Position numbers and translations under genes: made by a program. A stretch of 63,394 bases of DNA, counting the filler, from Octopus bimaculoides (taxonomy: Eukaryota), in assembly GCF_001194135.2 (NCBI RefSeq). It is 3 parts of 3 records of this genome, joined end to end, with 100 filler letters (N's around TTAATTAATTAA, not from the genome) between each part and the next. Parts side by side here need not be neighbours in the genome. Positions count along the whole stretch, not along the records: positions 31,885 to 58,256 come from NC_069008.1; positions 58,357 to 63,394 come from NW_026425481.1; 1 more part is not named here. One strand, written 5' to 3'. Shown here piece by piece: positions 49,346 through 63,127 of the stretch. Below the pieces are notes generated by a model. It searched no databases. It worked only from the letters and a program-made list of their open reading frames with translations, and was not told the origin of the DNA. Position 1 is the stretch's first letter; each line of letters starts with the position of its first letter.

Positions 49346-51605
49346 AGAATAATGATATTGTTATTTGACCACAGTGTACAACTACAGAGGCATGTCTTTG
49401 TAAGATCAAAACATCTATGAATTTAATGCCACATATATAACAAAATATAAAACAAGAAACACTATTTCTGGCCTGAATGGAAGAATAGAATAAACATTTG
49501 CCAAACAGAACCAAGTTTACAATGATAAATAGGGAAGTAAATATTTACAGATTTTGTTGTATCTCAGGAGGGTCATTGTGCCAATAATAACACATGCTTT
49601 GACTCTGTTTCACTTCTTTTATTATTGGCAAGCTGGTAAAGGTGATGAGCTGACAGAATCATAGGCATGCTGGACAAAATGCTTAGTCACATTTAATCTG
49701 AGTTCAAATTCAACCAAGGTTGTCTTTGCCCTTCGTCCTTTCAAGATTGATAAGACAGATGCCAGTTGTGCACTGGAGTTGATGTAATCAATTGACACTG
49801 CCCCACCAAAATACCTGAAGGCCTTGTGACTGAATTTGAAATCTTTATTATTAGTCGATTGTAAAGCAGTGAGGTGGGTGAACCACACTACGGACAAAAT
49901 GCCCCATGATGTTTCTTTTGATTCTTTACATTCCAGTTTCAAATCCCATTGAGGTTGACCTTACCCTTCATGCTTTTGAGGGTGGTGGAATAAGTACTAA
50001 TTGAGCACAGGGATTGGCGTAATTAATTATACCCCACCCAGCAAAATCATCAATCTTGTAACAAAATTAGAAACAATTATTATCAGTGAATTAGTTAATC
50101 ACTTAATAAATTAACAAATCAATTATTTGATTTATCATTTGATTAATCAATTAATTAATTAGCCAAACTTGCCAAACACCTTTTGTTACCATTCATGACC
50201 TTCTCAATGATATGCAATCTCTATTTCTCCTGCATACATCAAAATCTGCTTCAACACACAGGTTCACATCAAGAATCTTGCAAGCCAGACACAAAAATGG
50301 AATATCTATAATTCTGACAGTATAAATGACAAATGTTTGGTGTACTGTATGAAACAACACTCTATATTGTTATAGGATATCGAACATTATCTCCCATGTA
50401 TTATAATATCAGAGTAAAATTATTCTCTGCATACAGTCATGAATTTATTCATTCAAGGAGACACTATTCTGTACGATGCAAATGAACTTCAGCTTGTCTT
50501 AGAAATTGAAAAAGCTAAAACACTATGGATCTGCCAGATGGCATATAACAATTTTGATACCATTTATCAGCACAAAAATGACAGCAGAATACATCTATCC
50601 TTGTTTATCACAGGTGTTTGGTTCCAAGAAAACATCGTGTTAAATGAATCAGTGATAAATATATAGCAGAATATATGGGATACAAAATGTTTCATTCTAA
50701 GACCCCCACCAAGTTGCCCCTGCTATCTTACCTAAATAATATCTCCAAACAGTTTTTCAACGCATAATGATATTGCCTGATGGCCAAAATAATATTTAGA
50801 GTAAAATTTAATAACATACGATCAGTAAACAATACAAAATATTACGGTGAAAAACTTTCTTGTGTTCCCTGGTTCTATGTTGATGGGTATAAATAAATCC
50901 AGATAAAAAAAATACAGACACACAGCACAGTGACATAAACACAAGCGATAACTGGTGCTTTCTGGATAGCTTAGCATTGCAGATGGTTGCAGGGAAATGC
51001 TTTTGTGCACTGAGCAGAACGTTTGATCGCCAGCCTGTGTTATCATGGATCAATTTGTGATGAGCTTAACATGGTTCATAAACTGAGCATACTGTCTTAT
51101 CCCGGATTAGAGATGAATGAATCATTAGTAAATGAGGACAGATGTATTAATTATTGATGACATCATGACATTAAATTATTATAATTTTGTACAGAAGTGA
51201 GATGAGTTGAAAGAAAAATAACTGAAGAATTAGATTAATTTGGCTGTTAAATCATAACTGTTTAGCATTTAAACGGGCCATGTAAGGCCCAAATATTCTG
51301 CCTGTTTTATGGTCAAATTGGTTAGATGTGACCCTGCACACCTCCCCTGCAATGTCATTCACAAATCAAACAACAGCATCATCGAAATCTTGAAGGTATG
51401 AGAGGATTCAGGATTAATTCAAAACAATGTGAATAGGTGTTACATTTGAAAGGCTAATCTGAATGCAAAAGGGGTCAATAAAAAGGGATCTTTCACTGCC
51501 CCTTCCTCGTAATTCATACAAATGAAATGAATCAAAACCTCATCTATGATGATATCGACAGATTCTCAACCACGATGGATATACATTTACAGGTATGTTC
51601 TAGAA

Positions 51606-51903
51606 CTGTGGCTCCCAAACATTTTCCAGGCTGCTGCCTCCATGACACCGAGGCCACATTCCCGACTAACCATCACAAACACAGACTTCTTTCTGAAGCA
51701 AATTCAAAGCAACTCTATTACACAAATATAACTTTACATAAAGAAACCAATTATTTTGTTGTCTTTACATGAATCATTAGCCAATTACTGCCCCACATTT
51801 TACATGAATCCCTACCTCATTATCACCCCACTTTTTTTCAACGCCCCCTTGGAATTTTCCACTGCCCCCAGAATGGCAATACTGCCCACTTCGGGAACCA
51901 CTG
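51606..51903. mobile_element. hAT (Charlie-like) MITE, same family as 27692-27947
   Basis: ctgtggctcccaaac...ttcgggaaccactg; TSD ttctagaa / ttctacaa (7/8); shared internal catcacaaaca...tttctgaagcaaattcaaag. Confidence 0.85.
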
Positions 51904-52504
51904 TTCTACAATATGGTAATATTAAAAGATCCGTGAGCAATTATTTGGCTATTTGCATATGACTTTTGGTAACTTGGAATATTTTTATTCATGAAGAGCG
52001 TCGAGGCTTGCTTGAAGCATTCTGATAAAGAAGTAAAATAAATAATGAAGAAGGAGAGCTTCTTACAATGCAAAAAGGGAAAGTTAAACTTTAGCACACT
52101 GCATTTTCTCTAGAGTTGTTTCCCATGCCAATGTCCTGTTACTACAGGGGAGAAAACTCATACAGTGACATGATGCACTTACAGTTTGCTAAAGGTTAAG
52201 TAACCATTACATATATCAGGCAAAAGATCCCATTGTCAGATGTGCCTATACAATAACCAACATAGCCAGATCTGCATAAACTTACACTTCTTTGATCAAT
52301 CCTGATGAAGGGCCTTTATGCTTGAAATATATGACAATTACTTAACATACCTTTTACGCATTGTTACAGGCTCTCAGTCGTCATTATTCTGTTATTTTAT
52401 TTTTTTATTCATGCTTTCAACAGACATATTTATTTTTTTTTATTTTTTTTATTTTCAAAGTAAGAAAGGTAACGCTTTATAGTATCGATGCATTTCTCAA
52501 ACCA

Positions 52505-52570
<66 letters not shown>

Positions 52571-53366
52571 GTAGCAATAGCAACAGTTTTACTAATTACT
52601 AAGAAGCAAATGAACAACTAAATTAACAAGAAAAAATATATTAATGTGAAAAATAATTTGAAAGTAAAAAGAAATAATAATAATTAAAGAAATTATAAAN
52701 NNNNNNNNNNNNNNNNNNNNNNNNNNNNNNNNNNNNNNNNNNNNNNNNNNNNNNNNNNNNNNNNNNNNNNNNNNNNNNNNNNNNNNNNNNNNNNNNNNNN
52801 NNNNNNNNNNNNNNNNNNNNNNNNNNNNNNNNNNNNNNNNNNNNNNNNNNNNNNNNNNNNNNNNNNNNNNNNNNNNNNNNNNNNNNNNNNNNNNNNNNNN
52901 NNNNNNNNNNNNNNNNNNNNNNNNNNNNNNNNNNNNNNNNNNNNNNNNNNNNNNNNNNNNNNNNNNNNNNNNNNNNNNNNNNNNNNNNNNNNNNNNNNNN
53001 NNNNNNNNNNNNNNNNNNNNNNNNNNNNNNNNNNNNNNNNNNNNNNNNNNNNNNNNNNNNNNNNNNNNNNNNNNNNNNNNNNNNNNNNNNNNNNNNNNNN
53101 NNNNNNNNNNNNNNNNNNNNNNNNNNNNNNNNNNNNNNNNNNNNNNNNNNNNNNNNNNNNNNNNNNNNNNNNNNNNNNNNNNNNNNNNNNNNNNNNNNNN
53201 NNNNNNNNNNNNNNNNNNNNNNNNNNNNNNNNNNNNNNNNNNNNNNNNNNNNNNNNNNNNNNNNNNNNNNNNNNNNNNNNNNNNNNNNNNNNNNNNNNNN
53301 NNNNNNNNNNNNNNNNNNNNNNNNNNNNNNNNNNNNNNNNNNNNNNNNNNNNNNNNNNNNNNTATA

Positions 53367-53397
<31 letters not shown>

Positions 53398-56300
53398 GTA
53401 TATATATACATATATATATATGTATATTATATACATATATATATATATGTATATATATACATATATATATATGTATATTATGTACATATATATATATGTA
53501 TATTATGTACATATATATATGTATGTGTATATATATTTATGCATATGTATATATATATACTTGCATACAACAACTGGAGCAGCAAAATAAAACAAAATAT
53601 ACTGTAATGTAAAACAAAATAACAACAAAATATGAAATGGTCAAACTTCATGCAAATTGAGTGGTGGTCAGTTAGTATAGAAAGATGGTAAGTAAGGTCG
53701 TAGTGGTCATGCTTTAAAGATAAATAACAGTGTCGAGTTACAGTGGTCACTCCATATATATAGTAGTCAAGTGTTAATGTTGTTGTGGTTACGGTTACTC
53801 TTGGATGTAACGGTCATTGTTTTGTACTATAATAATGGTCACTGTTGGATGTTAGTTAAAGTTTATGATGGTCACTCTTAGATTTAGTTGTCAGTGTCAT
53901 GTTATAGTGGTCATCTCTTAGACAGACGTATATAGTGAGTGGTCAGCAAAGACCGTCATTGACTGGTCTGTTGAGACAATCAATGACTGGTTAATATATG
54001 AAAATAGCGTTTGATTGGTAAGTTGAATAAAAGAGATATAAGTGAATAGAGGAAAAAAAATTAAGCCAAAGATATAAAATATATATAGATATATATATAT
54101 ATATGGAGAGATGTATAGATTGTAGATAGATATATATATATGCTGAGAAAGAGAGAGAGAGAGAGCGCAAAGGGTACAAGATAAAAACACCGCATTAAGA
54201 TAAACGAAGGTACAAGAAGAAAAAAAAGGGTACAAGAATAAACCGGAAAAAACCAGAGTGTGACATATATATGTATATATATATGTATTTGTAGGATTAG
54301 GGAACATGTCCATTCCAGAGAGATAGTATTAAGTTAAAGCACATCGAGTAGAACAGAACAGAGATATACATACATGTGTTATATATACATATACGCAGCA
54401 TACTTATGTGTGTGTGTGTATGTGTGTGCTCATGTGTGTGTCTTATATATGTGTGTATGAATGTATATATATATATATATATATATAATTATATATCAAG
54501 TCATAAATGAATCCATATATTGTGTCATATATACATGCATGCATACATACACATGTATGTATGAATATATATATATGTATATATATATANNNNNNNNNNN
54601 NNNNNNNNNNNNNNNNNNNNNNNNNNNNNNNNNNNNNNNNNNNNNNNNNNNNNNNNNNNNNNNNNNNNNNNNNNNNNNNNNNNNNNNNNNNNNNNNNNNN
54701 NNNNNNNNNNNNNNNNNNNNNNNNNNNNNNNNNNNNNNNNNNNNNNNNNNNNNNNNNNNNNNNNNNNNNNNNNNNNNNNNNNNNNNNNNNNNNNNNNNNN
54801 NNNNNNNNNNNNNNNNNNNNNNNNNNNNNNNNNNNNNNNNNNNNNNNNNNNNNNNNNNNNNNNNNNNNNNNNNNNNNNNNNNNNNNNNNNNNNNNNNNNN
54901 NNNNNNNNNNNNNNNNNNNNNNNNNNNNNNNNNNNNNNNNNNNNNNNNNNNNNNNNNNNNNNNNNNNNNNNNNNNNNNNNNNNNNNNNNNNNNNNNNNNN
55001 NNNNNNNNNNNNNNNNNNNNNNNNNNNNNNNNNNNNNNNNNNNNNNNNNNNNNNNNNNNNNNNNNNNNNNNNNNNNNNNNNNNNNNNNNNNNNNNNNNNN
55101 NNNNNNNNNNNNNNNNNNNNNNNNNNNNNNNNNNNNNNNNNNNNNNNNNNNNNNNNNNNNNNNNNNNNNNNNNNNNNNNNNNNNNNNNNNNNNNNNNNNN
55201 NNNNNNNNNNNNNNNNNATGAAAGGTGTTTAAGTAATGAAAGATACTGGACTAACAAAGGTGGACAAGGAATTGTTGACTTTTGTTTTTTTTAATTTCTT
55301 TTTTTTTTTTTTTCCAATTGATAGTGCTTGTTTTATATAAGATATGTTACGTTTCCATCTGTTTTTCTTCTTCCTCTTTCTATGTCGATAATGAAAATAG
55401 AAAGCACTTTTAAATAATAACATTTTGTTAAAATGAAAATAGATCTTATCAAAACATTTTTTTTCTTTTTGGCAAAAAACGGTTAAGTCAGAGTTGAAAC
55501 ATTAGGGAAATAATAATTAAGTAAAATTAATAACAATGAGACGAAGAACCATTTAATTATTTGTACGGAGAAGACAGGGAACAATAGTAAATTATGTCAA
55601 CACTAGATGGAGTTAGGGTTAGAAGAGACAAGCTGGCTGACCCTAGAATATTACTTTAATGAGGCTCAAAGGGATTGGGATAATAATGCAGAGAGCCAGC
55701 CCTTAGTAATATAATGCACCCTGGAAGGAGGAAAGGACTCAGTTAGCCTTGGTAGGAGTTTAAACTCAGAATGGTGACAGACAGTGCTTAAGACTATATA
55801 GCACATGGCTTAGTGGTTAAATTATTCGGCTCATGAGCATAAGATGCTGAGTTCAATTCCTGGTGGTGTGTTACATCCTTGAGTAAGACATTTTATTTCA
55901 TGATGCTCAGGTGCACTCGGCTGGCAAAAAAATGAGTTGTGCTTGTAGTTTGAAAAGGGTCAGCTTTGTCACATTTGGTGTGTCACACTGAATTTCCCTG
56001 AGAACTTATGTTAAGGGTACAACCATGGAGGCCCCCTGTGACCATAGGGGTTGCAGGGCTTTGTGACGGCCCTGATCATTGAAAGCATGGCAGCACTTGC
56101 ACATTTTTTGTGCTGAACAAGTCAAAAATGGTGTTATATTTTGAAGAAGTTTGCTCCTAAATAGAAGACAAAGATCATTCATCAATCTTGATGTTATTAG
56201 AAGACACGCTGATTCAGCATGAAATTGAGGGGGTCAATGAAAGTCTATGTTCCAAGTTCAAATCCCTCCTGGAGGCCAACTGATGAAGTAAATACTTAGG

Positions 56301-57599
56301 CTGTTTCTTCTTATATATTATGTTAGCAATAAGAGGAATTGCAGGATGGTTAGATGGTGGGAGCTGAATGATTGTGGGGTGCAGGAAAGGAGGATGGTGA
56401 TACTGATATGAATGAATAGATTGGAAGATAAATTGACTGGCAGACGGCTAGAAAGAGAAAGTAAATGGAAGGTTACAGCTGTCGTCACCATTATCATTTT
56501 AATGTCCACTTTCTATGGCCGGATGATTTTCCTGTCACCAACCCTACACCTGTTTCCAAGTAAGGTAATCTTTCCTTGTGATTAGAAGTGGTTCCACAGA
56601 AAATTGGAAATAAAGGACAATGATCGTATGATGGTGTTGCTTGTACACAACAATCACGCAACGCAAGGATACGGTAATACTGACCGAATGCACCACAGCT
56701 AAATGGCGGTGCCCCACCATAGCCACAGTTCTCGAGCTGGAACTAGTAAAGAATATATCATCATCATCATCATCATTTAGTATCTGCTGGCACGGGTCAG
56801 ACCGTTTGATTGGAGCTGGGAAACCGAAGTACTGCACAAGGTTCCAGTCTGATTTGGCATGGTTTCTATGGCTGGATGTCCTTCCTAATGCCAACCATTC
56901 CAAGAGCATAATGGGTGCTTTTTACATTCCACCAGCACAGGTGCCATTTACATGATTCTGGTAATGACCACAACTACAAATTCATGGGTGTAATTTACAC
57001 AACACCAGCAACAGCCATCACTATGAATTCACTTGGCGTCAATGAATTTACTTGGTGTGAATGAATTTACTTGGCATGAAATTCACTCCCTATAAAAGAA
57101 CTCGGATGGCTAGACCTTCAACGAGGCCTCAGAGCCAAGAACCTTTTAGCACCCCCTTGCAGAAAAGGTACATGAATATCCCAGTCAGAGAGAGGAAGGG
57201 AGTAGGAGAAAAGATGGTGTTGATGTACTGGGATGTCCCTTCAAAGTACAAGGAGGTGAATAATGAAAGTGGGAAGTGCCCAGATGATTGGACAGGGTGA
57301 GTAAGAAGGGAGTTCAGGAGATTGAAAAGAGAGGAGAGGCAATGAGAAGTGGACTGCAGTATGATGTGAGCACAGTATGTAAGGGAGGGGAAGAATGGCA
57401 ATGATGCAGTGAGTGGGGGAGGTGAGCTGGTGAGACAAGCATTTTGCATGAAGAGATATACAGAGGATGTGTTTATAGCGATCAGATATGTAAAATATTT
57501 ACTCTGCTGTACATTAAATCACTCCCTTCATTGCCTGTCCAGATAGCCAGAGCAACTTGAAATGAAGTGTATTGCTCAAGAATACAATGCATGTAAATG

Positions 57600-57950
57600 G
57601 CTACATACATAAAAGTATAAAGACTTCCTTTGGTGATGAATAACCATGGGATTGCGCCTAAAAAGTTCCCCTCTGAGGCACAAGTCTGGACAAGGTTGTT
57701 TTATGGAAGACCAGCAGTCGGCCATGCATACCAGCCTCCCTTCTCCACACCGCTGATGATATCGAAGGGAAAGGCAAAGGCCGATATAGTTTGGCACCGG
57801 TGATGTTGTAGCTCATTTTTACAGCTGAGTGAACGGGAGCAACATGAAATAAAGTGTCTTGCTCAAGAACAGAACACACAGCTCGGACCAGGAATCAAAC
57901 TCACAACCTCGTAATTGTGAGCCTGGCATTTTAACTATTGAGCCACGGGT
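57600..57950 (-). mobile_element. SINE family 3 copy (also about 45140-45370 on +)
   Basis: Shared aagttccc...cacaagtc..gaca, tgctcaagaac and cagctgagtgaac blocks. Confidence 0.65.
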
Positions 57951-58209
57951 CTTCATATACCTACCTACCTACACACATCACATACGTAATATAGATACAA
58001 GCACATATACTACATGAAACATGAAGAAACAGCCTCATTCCTAAAAATTTAAAGTGACAACAAATGAGATTAATTGGGGGGAATAGACAAGAAGGGCAGA
58101 TAACTTGGGACAAGGGAGACAAATATGTTATGTTTATATTAAAAAGTGGGAAAACTGTGGGGATGGTGGTGGTGATACGAACAAAATATAAAATATATAT
58201 AGTATATAA

Positions 58210-58250
<41 letters not shown>

Positions 58251-58256
58251 ATACTG

Positions 58257-58356
58257 NNNNNNNNNNNNNNNNNNNNNNNNNNNNNNNNNNNNNNNNNNNN
58301 TTAATTAATTAANNNNNNNNNNNNNNNNNNNNNNNNNNNNNNNNNNNNNNNNNNNN
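58257..58356. other. Artificial scaffold-join spacer (N44-TTAATTAATTAA-N44)
   Basis: Identical to 31785-31884. Confidence 0.95.
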
Positions 58357-58873
58357 CACCACCACCACCACCGTCGTTGTTGTCATAGTCATCATGAAAG
58401 GAAAATATCTTTGTGTCTGACGATCAACATTTCTGGACCGCTGACAATCCATCCGTTCCTTGAATCTGTGCTACAACCGGATGTCTAATGCCATGGATAT
58501 TTCTTGTCACGTGTCGTCATTATAATGTGAAGTTGATGCTGCTGCTGCTGCTGTTGTTGTTGTAGTTGTTGTTGTTGCTGTTAATGTTCTTCGCTTGTTT
58601 GTCGTTTCCATTCACGTGGAATTTAATTCTGCCGTCAATGAAATAAAGATTAACAATGAAAATTAGACAGCTCACCCCCGGGACTGTTGAAATTACCACC
58701 ACTACTACCACCAATAACAACAACAACAACAACAACAACGATAACAACACCAGGACCGGCAGCAGTATCGCCACCACCAACAACAACAACAATAACAAAA
58801 TCGAGGTGGTCGTGGATGGAAAGCATAGGCATTCTGGATCAGGGCTGGAGCGGTAATCAACAGGCATGACGTA

Positions 58874-60151
58874 TCAGGTCATCCCATAAGTTCTGTCCGA
58901 TTTTACTTTTTTTTTTTAAATTGAATGAAATTTAATAGTATTTTAGAATGTCTAATGGAATTAAAAATTATTCTTATGCATTTGTGTACATTTAAACTAA
59001 TTAAATATTATTTTACAGAATAATAGAATTAAAATTTCTTTGATTAAAACCTTTTCTAACATGGAAGTATCCAAAGANNNNNNNNNNNNNNNNNNNNNNN
59101 NNNNNNNNNNNNNNNNNNNNNNNNNNNNNNNNNNNNNNNNNNNNNNNNNNNNNNNNNNNNNNNNNNNNNNNNNNNNNNNNNNNNNNNNNNNNNNNNNNNN
59201 NNNNNNNNNNNNNNNNNNNNNNNNNNNNNNNNNNNNNNNNNNNNNNNNNNNNNNNNNNNNNNNNNNNNNNNNNNNNNNNNNNNNNNNNNNNNNNNNNNNN
59301 NNNNNNNNNNNNNNNNNNNNNNNNNNNNNNNNNNNNNNNNNNNNNNNNNNNNNNNNNNNNNNNNNNNNNNNNNNNNNNNNNNNNNNNNNNNNNNNNNNNN
59401 NNNNNNNNNNNNNNNNNNNNNNNNNNNNNNNNNNNNNNNNNNNNNNNNNNNNNNNNNNNNNNNNNNNNNNNNNNNNNNNNNNNNNNNNNNNNNNNNNNNN
59501 NNNNNNNNNNNNNNNNNNNNNNNNNNNNNNNNNNNNNNNNNNNNNNNNNNNNNNNNNNNNNNNNNNNNNNNNNNNNNNNNNNNNNNNNNNNNNNNNNNNN
59601 NNNNNNNNNNNNNNNNNNNNNNNNNNNNNNNNNNNNNNNNNNNNNNNNNNNNNNNNNNNNNNNNNNNNNNNNNNNNNNNNNNNNNNNNNNNNNNNNNNNN
59701 NNNNNNNNNNNNNNNNNNNNNNNNNNNNNNNNNNNNNNNNNNNNNNNNNNNNNNNNNNNNNNNNNNNNNNNNATCAGGACAATGTGCGACCCCACACTGC
59801 AAAGATCACATCACAGAAGATCGAAGAGCTTGGTTGGGAAAAAATTCGTCATCCACCTTATTCTCCCGACCTTGCTCCTTCAGACTACCATTTGTTTCGT
59901 AGTTTACAGAATCATTGGGGGGACATAACTTTCGCAAGCCAGGAGGAGGTTGAAACTGACATTTCAGAGTTCTTCGTTTTGAAACCAAATGAGTTTTACA
60001 TTGATGGGATTAAAAAGCTCGTAAATAGATGGAAGGAAGTCATAGATAATCGGGGAAATTACATTGATGATTAAATTTCAATTAAATATAACATTTGATC
60101 ACTTGTTTTCATTATATTCAAAATTCGGACAGAACTTATGGGATGACCTGA
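58874..60151 (+). mobile_element. Full-length mariner transposon (1278 bp including the gap)
   Basis: Perfect 27-bp TIRs tcaggtcatcccataagttctgtccga; TA at 58872-58873 and 60152-60153. Confidence 0.95.
59061..60074 (+). CDS. Mariner transposase, middle part in the N gap (59078-59773)
   Basis: MEVSK start; C-terminal QDNVRPH...HPPYSPDLAPSDYHLF...NYIDD* with D34D spacing intact and no visible stop. Confidence 0.7.
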   Translation: MEVSKXXXXXXXXXXXXXXXXXXXXXXXXXXXXXXXXXXXXXXXXXXXXXXXXXXXXXXXXXXXXXXXXXXXXXXXXXXXXXXXXXXXXXXXXXXXXXXXXXXXXXXXXXXXXXXXXXXXXXXXXXXXXXXXXXXXXXXXXXXXXXXXXXXXXXXXXXXXXXXXXXXXXXXXXXXXXXXXXXXXXXXXXXXXXXXXXXXXXXXXXXXXXXXXXXXXXXXXXXXXXXXXXXXXXXXXXXQDNVRPHTAKITSQKIEELGWEKIRHPPYSPDLAPSDYHLFRSLQNHWGDITFASQEEVETDISEFFVLKPNEFYIDGIKKLVNRWKEVIDNRGNYIDD

Positions 60152-60298
60152 TATATACGTATACACCCACACCCATACATTAACATGCATAGGATAATAT
60201 ATACACACATGCACTCACACACACATGCACACACACAGCAACACATATATAGAGACACACCAAGAGGCACAGTGTGTGTGTGTGCGTTTCACACACAA

Positions 60299-60425
60299 TC
60301 GCGCGCGCGCTATCTGCTGCCTTGCTTCAGTTTACCATTAAGCGGAAGTGATGACGTAACTACTTCATGGTGTCATTCTTTTTTACACTTTCTAACTAAT
60401 TACAGCCGGAAGAGAAGCGAACGGT
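60299..60425. promoter_or_regulatory. Putative housekeeping-type promoter motif cluster
   Basis: (CG)n run at 60300-60310, ETS-like CGGAAGTG at 60343-60350 abutting CRE/ATF-like TGACGTAA at 60352-60359, and a second CCGGAAG at 60406-60412, in otherwise CpG-poor DNA. Confidence 0.55.
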
Positions 60426-61552
60426 AGCAAGGCAGCAGCAGCAACATATATTATTATTATTATTGTTGTTGTTGTTGTTCTTGTTGTTATTATCATCATT
60501 ATTATTACTACTACTAAGAGTAGTAGTAATAGTAGCTGTAGTAGCAGTAGTTGAGAATGAGTAGAAGCGGCATTGTTGTTGTTTTTGTTGTTGTTGTTGT
60601 TGTTGGTGGTAGTGGTGGTGGTGGGGTTGGTAACGGAGGATGCTATTGTCATCGTTCTATTGTATTTTTCTTTTTTTAATCCGTTTGAAAAGAGCCATCT
60701 AATTGTTCTGCTTGCGGGAATTTAACTTTGGATGAAAAGGGGGAGGGGGAGGGGGGAAGAGGAGGAGGAGGAGGAGAGAGGGAAGGAGAGAATTGAATCA
60801 GAGGCAGGAAAGGTGGAATGTTAAGAATCTGGTGTTTAACAAATGTTTCTGTGCTGATACTAACTTTGGGCGTTGTTTCTACAGAACTGCATATATATAT
60901 ATATATATATATATAATTTTAAAAAACACGAAACAACACACGAAAAAAACAACAACGCGAGTACGTGGTACATGCAGAGTATTAATAAAACGCTCAGCGA
61001 AGGAAAGAAAGGGTGTTTTATGTTTCGAGCAAAGCTCTTCTTCCGAAACAGCAGACAGAGGAAAGTTCAAGAGAAAAAGAAAGACGGAGGAAGAAAATCG
61101 CCAACAATCCACAGAATCAGTTGAGTGATCGTGGTAAAACGTAGTTTGTTAGTCTCTAGCGCACACACGGCTTGTATAGAAGACACAGATGACTCGATAA
61201 TTCATCAATAAATTTATTAATCAATGCATCAAATGCAGTTCGTACCCTATCGAGATTAGACAGAGAATTGTTTATTAAATGTTTCTGATAAAGTTTTATC
61301 AACCTTTTCTTTTAACTGCTAAACTTGAAAGGTTCATTATTTAGCACTGGCTCAAGGTTCTGAAAGAGGTGAGGTGATTGTTGAACTTTACTTTAAATCG
61401 TCTTTCGGTGATACTGATATAAGAGTTTCTAGCTGATGTTGTGGTCTAACTTCTGAGCCGTTTTCAAGAGTCTTTGATTTGCAAACATATATGTTTAAAT
61501 ATTGATATAAGCTTTTCGTAGGGTTACCCAATCAGAACTGATCTGGAGCTAA

Positions 61553-61567
61553 ACAACAACAACAACA

Positions 61568-61646
<79 letters not shown>
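61553..61646. repeat. Compound (AAC)n(TAC)n(TGC)n microsatellite
   Basis: Directly visible. Confidence 0.9.
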
Positions 61647-63046
61647 AATCACTGGTGCCTTTAGTGGAGTGGAGGCTACTCTGACGCAAACGTTTGGATT
61701 AAATCTCTTAATTTTTGACTGATAGACCTCTGATACACCTGTATTGAGTACCAGCGCCATTACCATCCCGATCTTGGCTGTCTTAATTGCAACGAGCCCC
61801 AAACGCTTTCGGACCACATTCATGGGTTTTCTTTTTCAGTCATTCGTTTTTCTTTTTTTTTTCTTTCTTTTTCGACTGACCTGAGATTCAAAGCTGTAAT
61901 TTCATGGCAACATTCTGAGAAGGGGCACCAGTAAAATTGACGGGCAATGTCCCTCCACAACAACAAAAAAAGCACTCAACACAGACTGTAGCAGAGTGGG
62001 GTGGAAAGAGAAACGGAAGTAGTAACGACATTGAAAATTTTGGGAACATGTAACAGATTGCATTACTTCCCTCCCCTCCACACACACCTTTTTTTTCGCT
62101 GTTTTNNNNNNNNNNNNNNNNNNNNNNNNNNNNNNNNNNNNNNNNNNNNNNNNNNNNNNNNNNNNNNNNNNNNNNNNNNNNNNNNNNNNNNNNNNNNNNN
62201 NNNNNNNNNNNNNNNNNNNNNNNNNNNNNNNNNNNNNNNNNNNNNNNNNNNNNNNNNNNNNNNNNNNNNNNNNNNNNNNNNNNNNNNNNNNNNNNNNNNN
62301 NNNNNNNNNNNNNNNNNNNNNNNNNNNNNNNNNNNNNNNNNNNNNNNNNNNNNNNNNNNNNNNNNNNNNNNNNNNNNNNNNNNNNNNNNNNNNNNNNNNN
62401 NNNNNNNNNNNNNNNNNNNNNNNNNNNNNNNNNNNNNNNNNNNNNNNNNNNNNNNNNNNNNNNNNNNNNNNNNNNNNNNNNNNNNNNNNNNNNNNNNNNN
62501 NNNNNNNNNNNNNNNNNNNNNNNNNNNNNNNNNNNNNNNNNNNNNNNNNNNNNNNNNNNNNNNNNNNNNNNNNNNNNNNNNNNNNNNNNNNNNNNNNNNN
62601 NNNNNNNNNNNNNNNNNNNNNNNNNNNNNNNNNNNNNNNNNNNNNNNNNNNNNNNNNNNNNNNNNNNNNNNNNNNNNNNNNNNNNNNNNNNNNNNNNNNN
62701 NNNNNNNNNNNNNNNNNNNNNNNNNNNNNNNNNNNNNNNNNNNNNNNNNNNNNNNNNNNNNNNNNNNNNNNNNNNNNNNNNNNNNNNNNNNNNNNNNNNN
62801 NNNNNNNNNNNNNNNNNNNNNNNNNNNNNNNNNNNNNNNNNNNNNNNNNNNNNNNNNNNNNNNNNNNNNNNNNNNNNNNNNNNNNNNNNNNNNNNNNNNN
62901 NNNNNNNNNNNNNNNNNNNNNNNNNNNNNNNNNNNNNNNNNNNNNNNNNNNNNNNNNNNNNNNNNNNNNNNNNNNNNNNNNNNNNNNNNNNNNNNNNNNN
63001 NNNNNNNNNNNNNNNNNNNNNNNNNNNNNNNNNNNNNNNNNNNNNN

Positions 63047-63127
<81 letters not shown>

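Noticed and set aside
58520-58869. Overlapping poly-N/T/V/L ORFs on both strands
   Set aside because: They are explained by (AAC)n/(ACC)n repeats; the one apparent GT-AG intron is only 47 nt and no frame gives a recognisable protein.
61614-61823. 69-aa minus-strand ORF ending in poly-Q
   Set aside because: The poly-Q is a microsatellite and the rest matches no family I recognise; it may be UTR.
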